DNA of 64,000 nucleotides from Octopus vulgaris (Eukaryota), in contig OX597835.1 in the NCBI GenBank assembly GCA_951406725.2, positions 9,796,001 through 9,860,000 of the forward strand, in the 5' to 3' direction. The notes beneath the pieces were generated by a model, which saw nothing but the letters and a program-made list of their open reading frames with translations, was not told the DNA's origin and ran no database searches. Within the stretch, counting starts at the first letter, position 1. Each line of letters opens with the position of its first letter. Below, one piece after another: positions 14,797 through 27,529 of this stretch. Made by a program: the position numbers and the translations under genes.

Positions 14797-15087
14797 GAGA
14801 GAAAGAGTGAGAGAAATGACGATATATATATATATATATACACATACATAGTTACATATATATCTTTATACATGTATATATATGTGTGTGTGTGTATACG
14901 TGTATGTATGTATATATATGTATATATGTGTTTCTGTGTATATGTGTGTGTATACCTGTATATATATATATGTGTGTGTGTGTGTGCGTGTGTATAAGTG
15001 TATGTATGTATATATATGTATATATCTGTTTGTGTGTATATGTGTGTGTATACCTGTATGTGTGCGTGTGTATAAGTGTATATATGA

Positions 15088-15119
<32 letters not shown>

Positions 15120-15157
15120 GTGTGTGTGTATACGTGTGTGTATACGTGTGTATATAC

Positions 15158-15191
<34 letters not shown>

Positions 15192-15199
15192 GGTCTCGT

Positions 15200-15534
15200 A
15201 CTCATTTTATCGAACACTTTTTGCCAAACAGCTACGTTACGAGGACGTAAACATACCAGCATCGTCGGTTGTCAAGCGATGTTGGGGTGTGGGGACAAAC
15301 ACAAACACGCAAACATATACACATATACATACATACATACACACACACACATATGTATATATGTCTATATAAAACAGGCTTCTTTCAGTTTCCGTCTACC
15401 AAATCCACTCACAAGGCTTTGGTCGGCCTGAGGCTATTGTAGCAGACACTTGCCCAAAGTGCCATGCAGTGGGACCGAACCTGGAACCATGTGGTTGGTA
15501 AGCAAGCTACTTACCACACAGCCACTCCTGAGCC
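15200..15534 (-). mobile_element. SINE family B
   Basis: GGCTTCTTTCAGTTTCCGTCTACCAAATCCACTCACAAGGCTTTGGTCGGCC...TTACCACACAGCCACTCCTG. Confidence 0.85.
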
Positions 15535-15558
15535 TATATATATATATATATATATATA

Positions 15559-15788
15559 GGCGAGCTGGCAGAAACGTTAGCACGCCGGGCGAAATGCTTA
15601 GCGGTATTTCGTCTGCCGCTACGTTCTGGGTTCAAAATCCACCGAGGTCGACTTTGCCTTTCATCCTTTCGGGGTCGATTAAATAAGTACCAGTTACGCA
15701 CTGGGGTCGATGTAATCGACTTACTCCGTTTGCCTGTCCTTGCTTGTCTCTTCTGTGTGAAACCCCTTGTGGGTAGTTAAAAGAAATA
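15559..15788 (+). mobile_element. SINE family C (tRNA head plus conserved GCCTTTCATCCTTTCGGGGTCGAT domain)
   Basis: GGCGAGCTGGCAGAAACGTTAGCACGCCGGG...GTTCAAAATCC...CCCCTTGTGGGTAGTTAAAAGAAATA. Many homologues in this window. Confidence 0.85.
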
Positions 15789-16026
15789 TATATGTGTGTG
15801 TGTGTGCGTGTGTGTGTGTATGCATGCATGTATGTATGCATGTGTATGTATGTATATGTATATATATATTTGTGTGTGCGCTTGTGTGTATGTGTGTGTG
15901 TATGCGTGCTAAGTTCCGTGAGATACAGTCTGTTGCTCAATATGTATTTATAGTCCGACTATTTGTTAAGCTTCTCAAGTGGGTGGGGGTGTATGTGAGT
16001 GTGTGTATGTGGGCATATATATATAT

Positions 16027-16071
16027 ATTCCCCTTCTTCAGTCGCCTTTATTTCATCTACGTTTCGAAGGT

Positions 16072-16129
<58 letters not shown>

Positions 16130-16180
16130 ACCTTCGAAACGTGGAGTAGATGAAATTAAGGCGACTGAAGAAGGGGAATT
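16027..16180. repeat. ~52-bp inverted repeat centred on (TA)n
   Basis: ATTCCCCTTCTTCAGTCGCC...CGAAGGTCACACA versus TGTGTGACCTTCGAAACG...GGCGACTGAAGAAGGGGAAT, with a 5-bp indel. Confidence 0.85.
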
Positions 16181-16385
16181 TTCCTCGTTGTGTATGTACT
16201 GTACTCTATTTTTTCGTTGTTTAAGAAAATGTCAATTTCCTTGGTTTTGTGTTTATGTTTTCGTTTCTCATTGTGTTCGACGTTTTTTTTTTTGGTGTCC
16301 TGCACCCATATATGCAAGTATATATACATGTAGAGGTAGGTACATACATATATGTATGTATATATGCATATATTTTATTTATTTA

Positions 16386-16427
<42 letters not shown>

Positions 16428-16639
16428 TTTCATTTTTTTTTTAGTTTCATACGTCTCCCAGTCGCATCTTCCACTTATTTTTCCCTCTTTGCAACATGTG
16501 GGGGGTGGGGATATAAATTCGTACCCCCACACACACACATACACACACACAACCATAACTGCTATTATGAACTGTAAACCCTTCTCTTCTTGTTTAGACC
16601 GTCTTCGTCTGGCTTTTTCTCATCAAAAGTTTTCTAATA

Positions 16640-16801
16640 GGCGCAGGAGTGGCTGTGTGGTAAGTAGCTTGTTTACCAGCCACATGGTTCCGGGTTCAGT
16701 CCCACTGCGTGGCACCTTGGGCAAGTGTCTTCTACTATAGCCTCGGGCCGACCAAAGCCTTGTGAGTGGATTTGGTAGACGGAAACTGAAAGAAGCCCGT
16801 C

Positions 16802-16862
<61 letters not shown>

Positions 16863-17082
16863 TGTGTGTGTTTGTGTGTCTGTGTTTGTCCCCCTAGCAT
16901 TCCTTGACAACCGATGCTGGTGTGTTTAAGTCCCCGTTACTTAGCGGTTCGGCAAAAGAGACCGATAGAATAAGTACTGGGCTTACCAAAGAATAAGTCC
17001 CCGGGGTCGAGTTGCTCGATTAAAGGCGGTGCTCCAGTATGGCCGCAGTCAAATGACTGAAACAAGTAAAAGAGTAAAAGAG
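16640..17082 (+). mobile_element. SINE family B, full length
   Basis: Head GGCGCAGGAGTGGCTGTGTGGTAAG, CORE-like CACCTTGGGCAAGTG, internal (TA)n, tail GACTGAAACAAGTAAAAGAG. Confidence 0.9.
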
Positions 17083-17339
17083 AGTAAGAGTAATCAAATT
17101 CGGAGGAGAGTAAAAAAAGGCAACCTTCGATTACATCGTTATCAGTATTTAACACAATAATTGGACAATCATTGTATTGATCTCGGAAGGGTGAAAAGCA
17201 AAGTTTCCTCGGCTCTATTTGAACTCGGAACGTAAAGGTGCGGAATTGAATTCCACAAAACGTTTTGATCAATGCGCAGACGCTTCTGTTAATTAACCGA
17301 ACTTGGTTTTTACTTAATTAATCAATTAGTTAATTAATC

Positions 17340-17558
17340 AAGAAAGAAGGACAGAAAGAAAGAAGGAAGGAAAGTAAGAAAGAAGGAAGAAAAGGAGAAA
17401 GGTAGGAAAGAGGGGAAGAAAGAAGGAAAGAAAGAAAGAGAGGAAAAAGAAGGAAGGAAAGAGGGAAAGAAAGAAAGAAAGAAAAAAGAAGGAAAGAAAG
17501 AAAGAAAGAAGGAAAGAAAGAAAGAAAGAAAGAAAGAAAAGAGGAAAGAAAGAAAAAA

Positions 17559-17603
<45 letters not shown>

Positions 17604-17628
17604 GAGAAAGAATGAAAGAAAGAAAGAG

Positions 17629-17713
<85 letters not shown>
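17340..17713. repeat. (GAAA)n purine microsatellite
   Basis: Visible directly. Confidence 0.95.
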
Positions 17714-17714
<1 letters not shown>

Positions 17715-17719
17715 GTGTA

Positions 17720-18135
17720 GCATCTATTTGCGATGGGTGCGTGAGTGTAATTTCAGTCGCGATTTTGGTTTTTGCCTGGGATTGGGCAAGAGTGTCTGTT
17801 GATTGTTGGGTTTCTTTTAGTTCTTCTATCGTTCGTTTTCTTCAACTGGAATTGTTTGTATGCATCGTGACACCATTTGACGCCATGTTGATCGATCTTG
17901 GCAATGACTTTCCCAAAGATGTCAAGTCAAGCTGCGCAGATTGCAGAGATGGCTTCAACTTATCCTTCACACTGCGAAATCCCTCCACTTGTTGGCCGAA
18001 CGGAATATTTGGAATTCAGTCACTTTTCATTCACACATAACAAACATGTCCGACCCATCTGCACTGAATTCTCATCAGCTTGCTTTGGATACTGGACATA
18101 GCACAATTTTTCTAAGATTTTGGCATTGGATATTT
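17720..18135 (-). mobile_element. Degenerate RTE-type LINE, C-terminal fragment
   Basis: Minus-strand translation across frameshifts: KISNAKILEK / SSIQSKLMRIQCRWVGHV / KDKLKPSL / QDRSTWRQMV, matching RTE C-terminal RWxGHV and DRxxWR motifs. Confidence 0.75.
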
Positions 18136-18143
18136 TAATAGTG

Positions 18144-18231
<88 letters not shown>

Positions 18232-18319
18232 CAACAACAACAACAACAACAGCAACAACAACAATAATAATAATAATGATAATAATAATAATAACAACAA
18301 CACCACCACCAACAACAAC

Positions 18320-18357
<38 letters not shown>

Positions 18358-18385
18358 CAAAAACAACAGCAACAACAATAATAAT

Positions 18386-18420
<35 letters not shown>

Positions 18421-18439
18421 CAACACCACCAACAACAAC

Positions 18440-18471
<32 letters not shown>

Positions 18472-18500
18472 CAACAACAACAGCAACAACAATAATAATT

Positions 18501-18531
<31 letters not shown>

Positions 18532-18538
18532 CAACAAC

Positions 18539-18576
<38 letters not shown>

Positions 18577-18601
18577 CAACACCACCACCAACAACAACAA
18601 C

Positions 18602-18661
<60 letters not shown>

Positions 18662-18735
18662 GATGATGATGATGATGATAATGATGATGATGATGATGAT
18701 GATGACGACGATGCTAATGATGATGATAATGATGA
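18144..18735. repeat. (AAT)n/(AAC)n/(GAT)n microsatellite with higher-order subrepeats
   Basis: Visible directly. Confidence 0.95.
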
Positions 18736-20048
18736 TTTCATTTATTTGTCTCAAGGGCAAAGGATGAGGGGACAATACAAAGAAAGACTTTAAAGTATGG
18801 GTTTTACCTATAATGAAGTGATAAAAAGGAAAGGAAGAAAGAAAGAAATTAAGTATACACGGTATACACTGAAAAAAGAAGGGATATATGCATAGCATAG
18901 AAATGTTTTTTAAAAAAGAAGAGACAGGGAGGATGACAGAGATGTGGCCTTCTGATACTGGAAGGGATAATCGAGGAGCCCCACTATCCGAAATTTCCCT
19001 GAAACCCCAGGAGCATGTGCCCTATTGAATTCCTTCTCTCCGACTCACAGGTCTACACTTAGAGAGGTACCATCCTATTTCTTTTATTACCCACAAGGGG
19101 CTAAACATAGATGGGACAAACAAGGACAGACATAGGTATTAAGTCGATTCCATCGACCCCAGTGCGTAACTGGTACTTAATTTATCGACCCCGAAAGGAT
19201 GAAAGGCAAAGTCGACCTCGGCGGAATTTGAACTCACAGCGTAACGACAGACGAAATACGGCTACGCATTTCGCCCGGCGTGCTAACGTTTCTCCCAGCT
19301 CGCCGCCTTTAGAGAGGTACCATCCACTCTCGCCATTTTGGTAACTTTCACCCACCTTTCAATAAACTCACTCGAGGCCAGCACTTCCCTCTCCACTGTC
19401 AATTTCGTTTTCCAGTGAAACTTGAAGAAGTCAATGAGAGCTCTACCAAAGAGGAATGTATCTGTCCTCATGCCTTTCATCCTTGTCCACCAAACAACCT
19501 CAGGTAAAAATATACTGCCTTGCCTGCCTGATTGAAGGAGAACGGTGGTACGATCATCACTACAGACTCGGCCGACAGACGGATCCGTTCCACACGTGAT
19601 AGCAGTTGTTCGACATAACCCGACAAGTCAACAATGCCCGAACACCGGTACGAAGGCGTGCTGAACGGTTTCATCGCTCTACGCGCACCTCGTACAAGCC
19701 TTCTGACAGCACATCCGTTCTTGTAGAGTTTATCTCAAACTGGTAGCGCCCCCATTCGGGAGCACTGCCAGGCTAAGGACATCTGGGTCTACGGGTTCTG
19801 TCAAACTCGACTGTACATATCAGAATCTTGTGGTGTGTGTAACCGACCAATTTAAATTGTGTACAATCTACACTATGCCTTTCCTCTGACCTAACAAATG
19901 CTCTATCTTGATACGATCTGGATGACCCATTGTGGTTGTTCTATGTCCACACTGGCACATCTAGGAAATCCAGTTGGTACCTATCAGACAATTGGAAGTC
20001 TCTGAGTATATTTTCGAACCTTTTGCACCCGCTTCTTCTGTGTACTAC

Positions 20049-20104
<56 letters not shown>

Positions 20105-20410
20105 ACACACAGAGTTCATCTGTGAGTCCAAAATCCCATTTCAGTCCGCTACTAGTACTAAACTGCGAGACGTTCCCAAGAATGTTTCTAGACGTCTGAA
20201 GAATTCTAGCCTTTCAGCCTCTGTCGGGGTATGGACGACCACCAGTCAGAGAGTGCCGCCTTCACTACCATTCACATCTGGAACCACCAGCCTGCCGCCC
20301 GAGTCCAAGAAGAATTCCTTTACTTCGAGATCTAAAGATTTTCAGAATAGCACTGCTAACTCGCTGCTCGCTCCCGATAGACTACATAATGAAAATATCT
20401 CATAGTCATC
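18736..20410 (-). mobile_element. Degenerate L1/Tx1-clade LINE: APE endonuclease joined to the C-terminus and 3' UTR, RT domain missing
   Basis: 20410-19800 reads LAVLF*KSLDL...GRLVV...VHTPT...FFRRLETFLGTSRSLVLVAD*NGILD...SYQDR...YTHHK (EN). 19785-19310 reads SLAWQC...ALPV*DKLY (zf-RVT region)...VWWTRMKG...FIERWVKV. The 3' UTR ends AATAAATGAA(ATC)n. Confidence 0.8.
19076..19308 (-). mobile_element. SINE family C inserted in the Tx1 element, with 17-bp TSD
   Basis: TTAGAGAGGTACCATCC at 19059-19075 and 19309-19325. Confidence 0.92.
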
Positions 20411-20838
20411 GAAAATGTGCGCTAGTGTTTGTGCATTATAGCCACATCTAAATCGAGCGACCTGAAAAGGTTTAGCTGTCCCCATCAATTCTACAGGGAA
20501 TAATATCAACCCTGAGTCTAGTCAAGTAATGATAATGAATTATTCAAACGTTATCTCAATTTTATATTGCTGAATTTTATTTCCGTGTTTTTAAGTTTGT
20601 CCTCTTCACTCCCCGTGGATTCACAGATTTCTATAAAATGATAGATGACAATGAAAGACGTTATTATTAGCACTATGACCAACCTACGTTTTGAAGAATT
20701 CAACCAAAGTAATAAGAAAATATCAAATTTGCCTGGCGTTTTTTAATAAAGTATGGGAGCGTCTGACATCGTTGAAATATGTGATATTGTAGACTGTATC
20801 TCAGAGGAACTAAAGACACTTATTGGTTTATATATAGA

Positions 20839-21350
20839 CTAGCAGTATCGCCCGGCGTTGCTCGGGTTTGTAAGGGAAATAACTATATAAGCATTTTTAG
20901 AGAGTTACTTCCCTTATAGATGCCGATTCGGGCTTTCTTAGCCATTTCTGTTTTGGTGTCTTCAAGCCATGAAGTCGTTGTTCTAAAAGAACGCTGGTCT
21001 CCTTGACAACGCTTTACGACGTTGATTTCCTTACACTCCCTTCCCCACAGCTTCACGAGGGAGGGAAGAAGGGGAGAAGCAAACAGGTGCAGGTGTGACC
21101 ATGGACGCCAACTCCGCCGCCATCGACACACGAAAAATTATGCATTAAAATGGAATAAAAAATGATGTTAAATTATTTTTAAAATCGTAGACTCATCGTA
21201 GACGCGCGCTAATACTCAGACGGGCTCGATATGAATCACGACTATAAGATACCCGAATTTGGTTAAACTGCACCGCAAAATGTGGGAGTAGTTAGGAATC
21301 TAAATCGAAGGGGACAGACACTCACACAACTACAGTTTTATATATAGAGA
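20839..21350 (-). mobile_element. Non-autonomous Helitron
   Basis: Minus strand has 5'-TC, 3'-CTAG preceded by the hairpin CCCG-AGCAACGC-CGGG, inserted at A|T with no TSD. Near-identical copy at 32176. Confidence 0.85.
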
Positions 21351-22846
21351 TTTATAGAGAGGGGGATTTGACTAACTCGCATTTTTCCAATGGACTTAGA
21401 TTAGATATGTTAAACCATTGAAAACTTTTAATAATTTTGGCTGAGAATAGTTATAACTAAATTATACAATTTTTTCCCCGCATTCCGAGTCGAATTACAA
21501 ATCATACGAGAACCATTTGCAAAACGCAAAACCGAAATATATTTATAGAATCAGTCGTAAATTCTAAAAATTGAACTGAAAATATTTGTACAAGCATATT
21601 TAGTTTGTCATCGAAAAATGACATGTTACTTGAATGAGTTTTCACATTCGCCCCGAAGTAATAAAGCATTAAATTTTAATGAATATGTAACCTTTGAGCC
21701 CCTATTACTCCGAAACTAAGACAAGCCAGAACAGCAATTTTTTTAATAACTTTGTTTTGTTAACATCCAATATTGTAAAGAAATACCTGGGGCATTTCCT
21801 GATTAAATACACAAGCAGAAAACTATTTAATAGGGACATCTTAAACCAAGTTACAGTTGTACTCGTAATAGGGTGTATCTAATTACTCATAAACTATCTT
21901 AATGAAATGATGATTGACATTACATGAAGCGACACAAATATGTACTCACTGAATCAGTAATTTTGTGCTGAAGCGATCATATATGAAGCAGATATCATAC
22001 CAACCAATTTAAACCATGACGTAGTGAGAAAAATCTATATAGGCACAATAGGTATTAAAGAGCGGGTTCTAATAGTTGCTGCGGTCGGTTCAGGATCATG
22101 TGATCACAGGTTCGATTTTCTACCCAGCAGCAGTATTGTGTCCTTCAGAAAAGCATTTTTTAAACCTTGCACCAATAGAATTTTCTGACAATTATGTAAG
22201 TGCAGTGCTGGGGCAGCCTTCTTCCTCCTTTTGTCACATCTCAGATATTCCGCTGGGTCAAGAACGTATTTATATCGTACGCGAGAGTACATAGGTATCT
22301 AACACAATAAGTACATGCTACCAAGCCATAGTCGCTTGCGAGTAACAGATGTATGGCGGGCGGGGGAGATGGTTTACTTAAGTGAAGCGTCTGTTTCAGA
22401 CATATGGAAAAGAAGAATCAATAACGCTGTTCAGTCATAGCTGACGTTTACCTGAACATTTCACCGATTTTGACATCAGGATGATTCAGATAAACAGACC
22501 ACAAAAGAAAGAGAAATAGTTACGATTTACCTACAGCGGACAAAAGATTCTTACTCAACAAATCCTTTACAGTTCGGATTACTCTCGATATTCAAGGTCT
22601 GAACATTTAATAAAACGTTGCCACTTTGTCAAATATTTACTCAAGAACTGGAGTTTAATACAACGACTTGACATTCACTTACTCTTCACATAACTTGTAT
22701 TTTCCCTTTCATAGGAACTAGATTAATCGATAAATATATCTGTTTCATGTGTGTGTATATACAGATGTGTGTAACTTTTATTAATTGATATGACTTAACT
22801 TATTTTGCTGTCACCGGAACCTAGCTACTTTCCTGAGCTTAAGTAA

Positions 22847-22974
<128 letters not shown>

Positions 22975-23132
22975 TGCGTTGCTCTTGTTTTGCTTTATTT
23001 TCTGTTCTCTCCCGTCCATTTTTTTTTTTTTACTTCGTAGTCACTTTTTCTTCATCCCTCAGCTGTTAAAGGAGAATAAATCAGATTTGCATCATATCCT
23101 GTACTTAATGTGTATATGTGTATTTTTTATCT

Positions 23133-23193
<61 letters not shown>

Positions 23194-23296
23194 ACACACA
23201 CATATATATATAAAGGAGAAGGAAAGATCCCGAGAAGGGAAGACAGAGGAAAAAATTTTTTTTGCTGGTGGTGCTCAAGAGATCACATGTTGAAAG

Positions 23297-23369
<73 letters not shown>

Positions 23370-23689
23370 TATAAAGTAATATTCTTCTTTCTTACGAAAT
23401 ATATTGAACTGCTGAAAAGAACCCCTTCGAACTGCATTATATACCGTATTATATACCATTTACATTTCTAAAAATCACACCGAACTCTTTGGATCGTTTA
23501 ACCGAAACTTGATAGTGTTTCAATGCTTTAAGGTGGTCCCAGTAATCGAGATCAGTCACACCCTTAATTCTTTTAGTAAATGTCCTCTGGGCTGTTTCAG
23601 TTTTCGAAATGTTTTGTTTTGTATGAGGTGACCACAGGGGGAAGCAATATTCGAGGTGTAGCCATACAAAGGAGGAGAAAAGAGGAATG

Positions 23690-24090
23690 ATGACATCCTG
23701 TTCTCTAGACTGGAATGCTTTTAGGATCCATGAGCTCCTCCTACGAGCTATATCGACCTTACTGTTGATGTGGGCACTCTAGCTGAAGAGTCCAGGATAA
23801 CGCATGTAAGATTCAAAAGGGATTTAAGAAAGAATGTTATGATCAGGTAGGTGAATCACATTGACCTTTTTGTGTGCACAGTCTGTGACAGACCATGCCT
23901 GTCTTTTGCTGGGCTCAAATCTCATTTGCGAACCGATGGAAAACGAACCTCCACCAATTATTCTGCCTATATGTCTGTGCACACCTTTCAATGCCAGAAG
24001 GTCTGCAAATCTAACGGAGGCCCCAAAAGACATTTTAAGATCCACAAAGATCAGAACTTAACTGCAGCTCTTGGTAGTCCGAATCGGATA
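23690..24090 (+). mobile_element. Degenerate RTE-like LINE 3' end with C2H2 zinc fingers
   Basis: AEESRITHVRFKRDLRK...FVCTVCDRPCLSFAGLKSHLRT...FQCQKVCKSNGGPKRHFKIH. Confidence 0.6.
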
Positions 24091-24099
24091 TGCAATCTA

Positions 24100-24520
24100 T
24101 CTCGGTGGCATATACTCCACGATGTGGAGAATATACCACCAGCATTGCCCAAACGACCTCAAAATTAGCTTCGAAATTCATCCAAGGCTAGGACCACGGG
24201 CCACACGTCACCTACACAATTCAGGTTGACAACACATAAATACACTGCCACGCAATTTCTTTTCCTCAACAGACCATGCCCTATTAAACATTGTCCCAAA
24301 AGAGGGAAAGGATCTCCTCACCTTCAAAGGGTATCCGGACAGATTTCTTCAAGGAATACCAGATAAGCCACCTATACCTGGACACAACTTACTAAACAAG
24401 AACTCCCTACACTGATGGACCATGATACCACAAAACTTGACTTAAAGAGGATTTAGCTAATCCTATCAGGTGCTCCTATTAAATTACACATGGCCTGGAC
24501 CAATTTTTGGTCGAAACATA
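24100..24520 (+). mobile_element. Degenerate CR1/L2-group LINE 3' end
   Basis: HNFFSSTDHALLNIVPK...TFKGYPDRFLQGIPDKPPIPG...NSL resembles the FKxxLDxFLxxIPDxP terminus. Confidence 0.55.
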
Positions 24521-24733
24521 TCTAAGTTGTGTGTGTGTGTGTGTGTGTACTGTGTTTCGAATAGTAGATTGCAGCTGTACCCGGGTGTCGCTTTAAAGGG
24601 TAGAATCGGTAAAAGTGATATTATTATCATTCCTTTAAGTTCCGGTGAGTATTGCTTCGCGAGCTTTTTCCGAAACTGCCAAGTTACGGGACGTAAACAA
24701 ACTGGTTAAGTGACTGAAGACACGCACCCAAAT

Positions 24734-24778
<45 letters not shown>

Positions 24779-24999
24779 CGTAATGAGAAAGAGAAAGACT
24801 GAGAGAGGGAGACAGAGACAAAGAGAGTGAGATGGAGATGGAGGAGAGAAGGGGGAAGGGAGTGTGTGTGAATGAGTGAATAAGATAGAAGGGAGAGAAG
24901 AGAGTGGGTGGGTGCGACCGACAACAACGTAGAATGTGTCAGAGTGACAGAAAGAAAGAGAAGAACAATAAAGAAAGACAGGAAGGAAGAAAAGAAGAG

Positions 25000-25041
<42 letters not shown>

Positions 25042-25282
25042 GAAAGAAAGAATGAGAGAAAGAAAGAAAGAAATATGGAACAAAAGAAAGAAAGAAACGC
25101 AAGATAAGAAACACAGAGAGTGAAACTATCAGAACGGGAAGAAAGAGATACACGGAGGGAGAGGGGGAGAGGGAGAGGGAGAGAGAGACAAACAGACAGA
25201 CAGACAGACAGAGACAGAGAGAAAGAGGGAGAGAGAGAAAAATTGAGAAACAGAAAGGGAGAGAGATAGAGGGAGATAGAGG

Positions 25283-25314
<32 letters not shown>

Positions 25315-26105
25315 GGAATGGATCGAAGAAAGAAATCGGGAGTTGTTTTTCAACACACTCTCTCTCTCTCTCTCTCACTCTCACTGTCTCTCTCTCTTTT
25401 TCTCATTCACTGTCTCTCTCTTTCTCACGCACTCTTCTTTTTCTCCACTCTTTCTGTCTGTCTGTCTGTCCTCTCTCTCCCTCCCTCTCTCTCTCTCTCT
25501 CTCTTTCTCCCTCATGCACACACACATACACACACATACACGTTCTTGGAATAAAAATTTCAGCTACAGAAATTGCAACTAGTACTGCTGAATCTACTGC
25601 TACTGCTGCTACTACTACTACTACTACTACTGCTAAACTACTACAAACACTACCACCACCACCACTACCACCACTACTACTACTACTACCTCCACCACTA
25701 CTACTGCTGCTGCTACTGCACTTAGATCTGAAGCTATAGCAATATAACCAAGGAGATAGGCTCGGCCTGCTAGAGAGAGCAGCGACATGTTCCTGAAAAT
25801 CGCACCTTGACTGTCTTACGTAAACGTAGTGTAATATAATGCTTGACTGGGAGAGAAAGGGGGAGAGAGAAAGGGAGAGAGAGAGAGAGAACGGAAGAGG
25901 GAGGGAGGGAGGAGAGATTGAGACAGACAGAAGAGAGAAGGGGAGGGGGAATGAACGAAGAAAGAGAATGGATTTTGAATTACAGGTATAATTCTGAGAT
26001 CGATCGATCGATTGATTGATTAGACAAAGAGAAAGGAAGAGGGAGGGTGTGTTCTGAATTACAGGTGTACTCCAGTGATAGATCGATCGATCAGTCAATC
26101 GAGTG

Positions 26106-26156
<51 letters not shown>

Positions 26157-26277
26157 TAGCTGACTAGTGAGAGGCAGACAGACAGATAGATAGACACAGA
26201 GAGAGAGAGATACACACTCAAAAAGAGAGCGAGAGAGGAAGAGTGATATAGAGTCATTTAGATAACAAAGAAACGAT

Positions 26278-26673
26278 ACATCTTTTCTACTCTAGGCATA
26301 AGGCCCGAAATTTGGGGGGAGGGGCCAGTCGATTAGATCGATCCAGTACGCAACTATTGCTTAATTTATCGACACCGAAAGGATGAAAGGCAAAGTCGAC
26401 CTCGGCGGAATTTGAACTCAGAATGGAGCGGCAGACGAAATACTTATTTCTTTACTACCCACAAGGCTACACACGGAGGGGACAAACAAGGACAGACACA
26501 CGGGTTAAGTCGATTACATTGACCCCACTGCATAACTGGTACTTATTAATCGACCCCGGAAGGATGAGAGGCGAAGTTGACCTCGGCGGAATTTGAACTC
26601 AGAACGTAACGGCAGACGAAATACCGCTAATCATTTCGCCCGGCGTGCAAACGTTTCTGCCAGCTCGCCGCCT
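26278..26673 (-). mobile_element. SINE C heterodimer (head + body with tail 1 + body with tail 2)
   Basis: Junction GACGAAATAC|TTATTTCTTT near 26444. The distal tail AGGCCCGAAATTTGGGGG differs from the proximal tail. Confidence 0.8.
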
Positions 26674-26783
26674 TAGAAATGCTACATCTATCATGGTTAA
26701 TATCGCCAAATCTTCACCCTTTGTCCTCTGATTCGAAACTTAAGGAAGGTAACAAATTTCCTAAGAAAGAAATAGTTAGTTAA

Positions 26784-26831
<48 letters not shown>

Positions 26832-27529
26832 ATGTTAGTTAGTTAAATAAGATGTTTATCCAATGTTGTAGCGTTATTGAATCCGAAGACATAGTTTTCG
26901 GAAATTTTAGTAATACATCAGTAATACATGGAGTCGATAAAAGTCCAGCGCTTCGTTTTATCGACCCGGGCGAACGGCACACGAAGGTAAACTAGGATTT
27001 GAACTTGGGATTTTATGATCAACAATGATGATGATGATGTTGACGACGAGGTTTACAAAAGCTGCTGCTGCTGCTGCTGCTACTACCACTGCTGTTGCTG
27101 CCACTGCTGCTGCTGCTGCCTGAACTACAGCTGCAGTAACGAATTGTTTGCTCGAGCACGTGTGGTTCTCTCGCGGTCACTCTCTGCGTTAGAAATAACA
27201 GACAAATCTTCCTCAAAACCACAACTTACCTTTATAAAGAGAGAAGCCTACATGAAACAGAATTTTTGTGCAGAAACAGAATGATCACGATTGGAAACCC
27301 GTTTGAATAATTATCACGGGTCCGATGGGTGATAATACTGCCAATGCTGACAAGGAGCTGAAGGAGAGAGTGGAGTCTAATGGTAGCAGTTGTGGTGCAA
27401 TTCTTAGCTACAATTGCAATACATTTTTGTTGAACCGGATCAGTTCAGGCAGGTAGTGCAGACACCATGAATATGTTTCGGCTCTGGCCTTTCCAGCTTT
27501 TATTCAGACCCTTAGTATTATTATTATTA

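Noticed and set aside
19974-20405. 143-aa Ser/Pro-rich plus-strand ORF
   Set aside because: It is the antisense shadow of the Tx1 endonuclease fossil.
23851-24168. Host C2H2 zinc-finger gene
   Set aside because: The fingers are degenerate and embedded in decayed LINE-like sequence; better explained as an RTE C-terminus.
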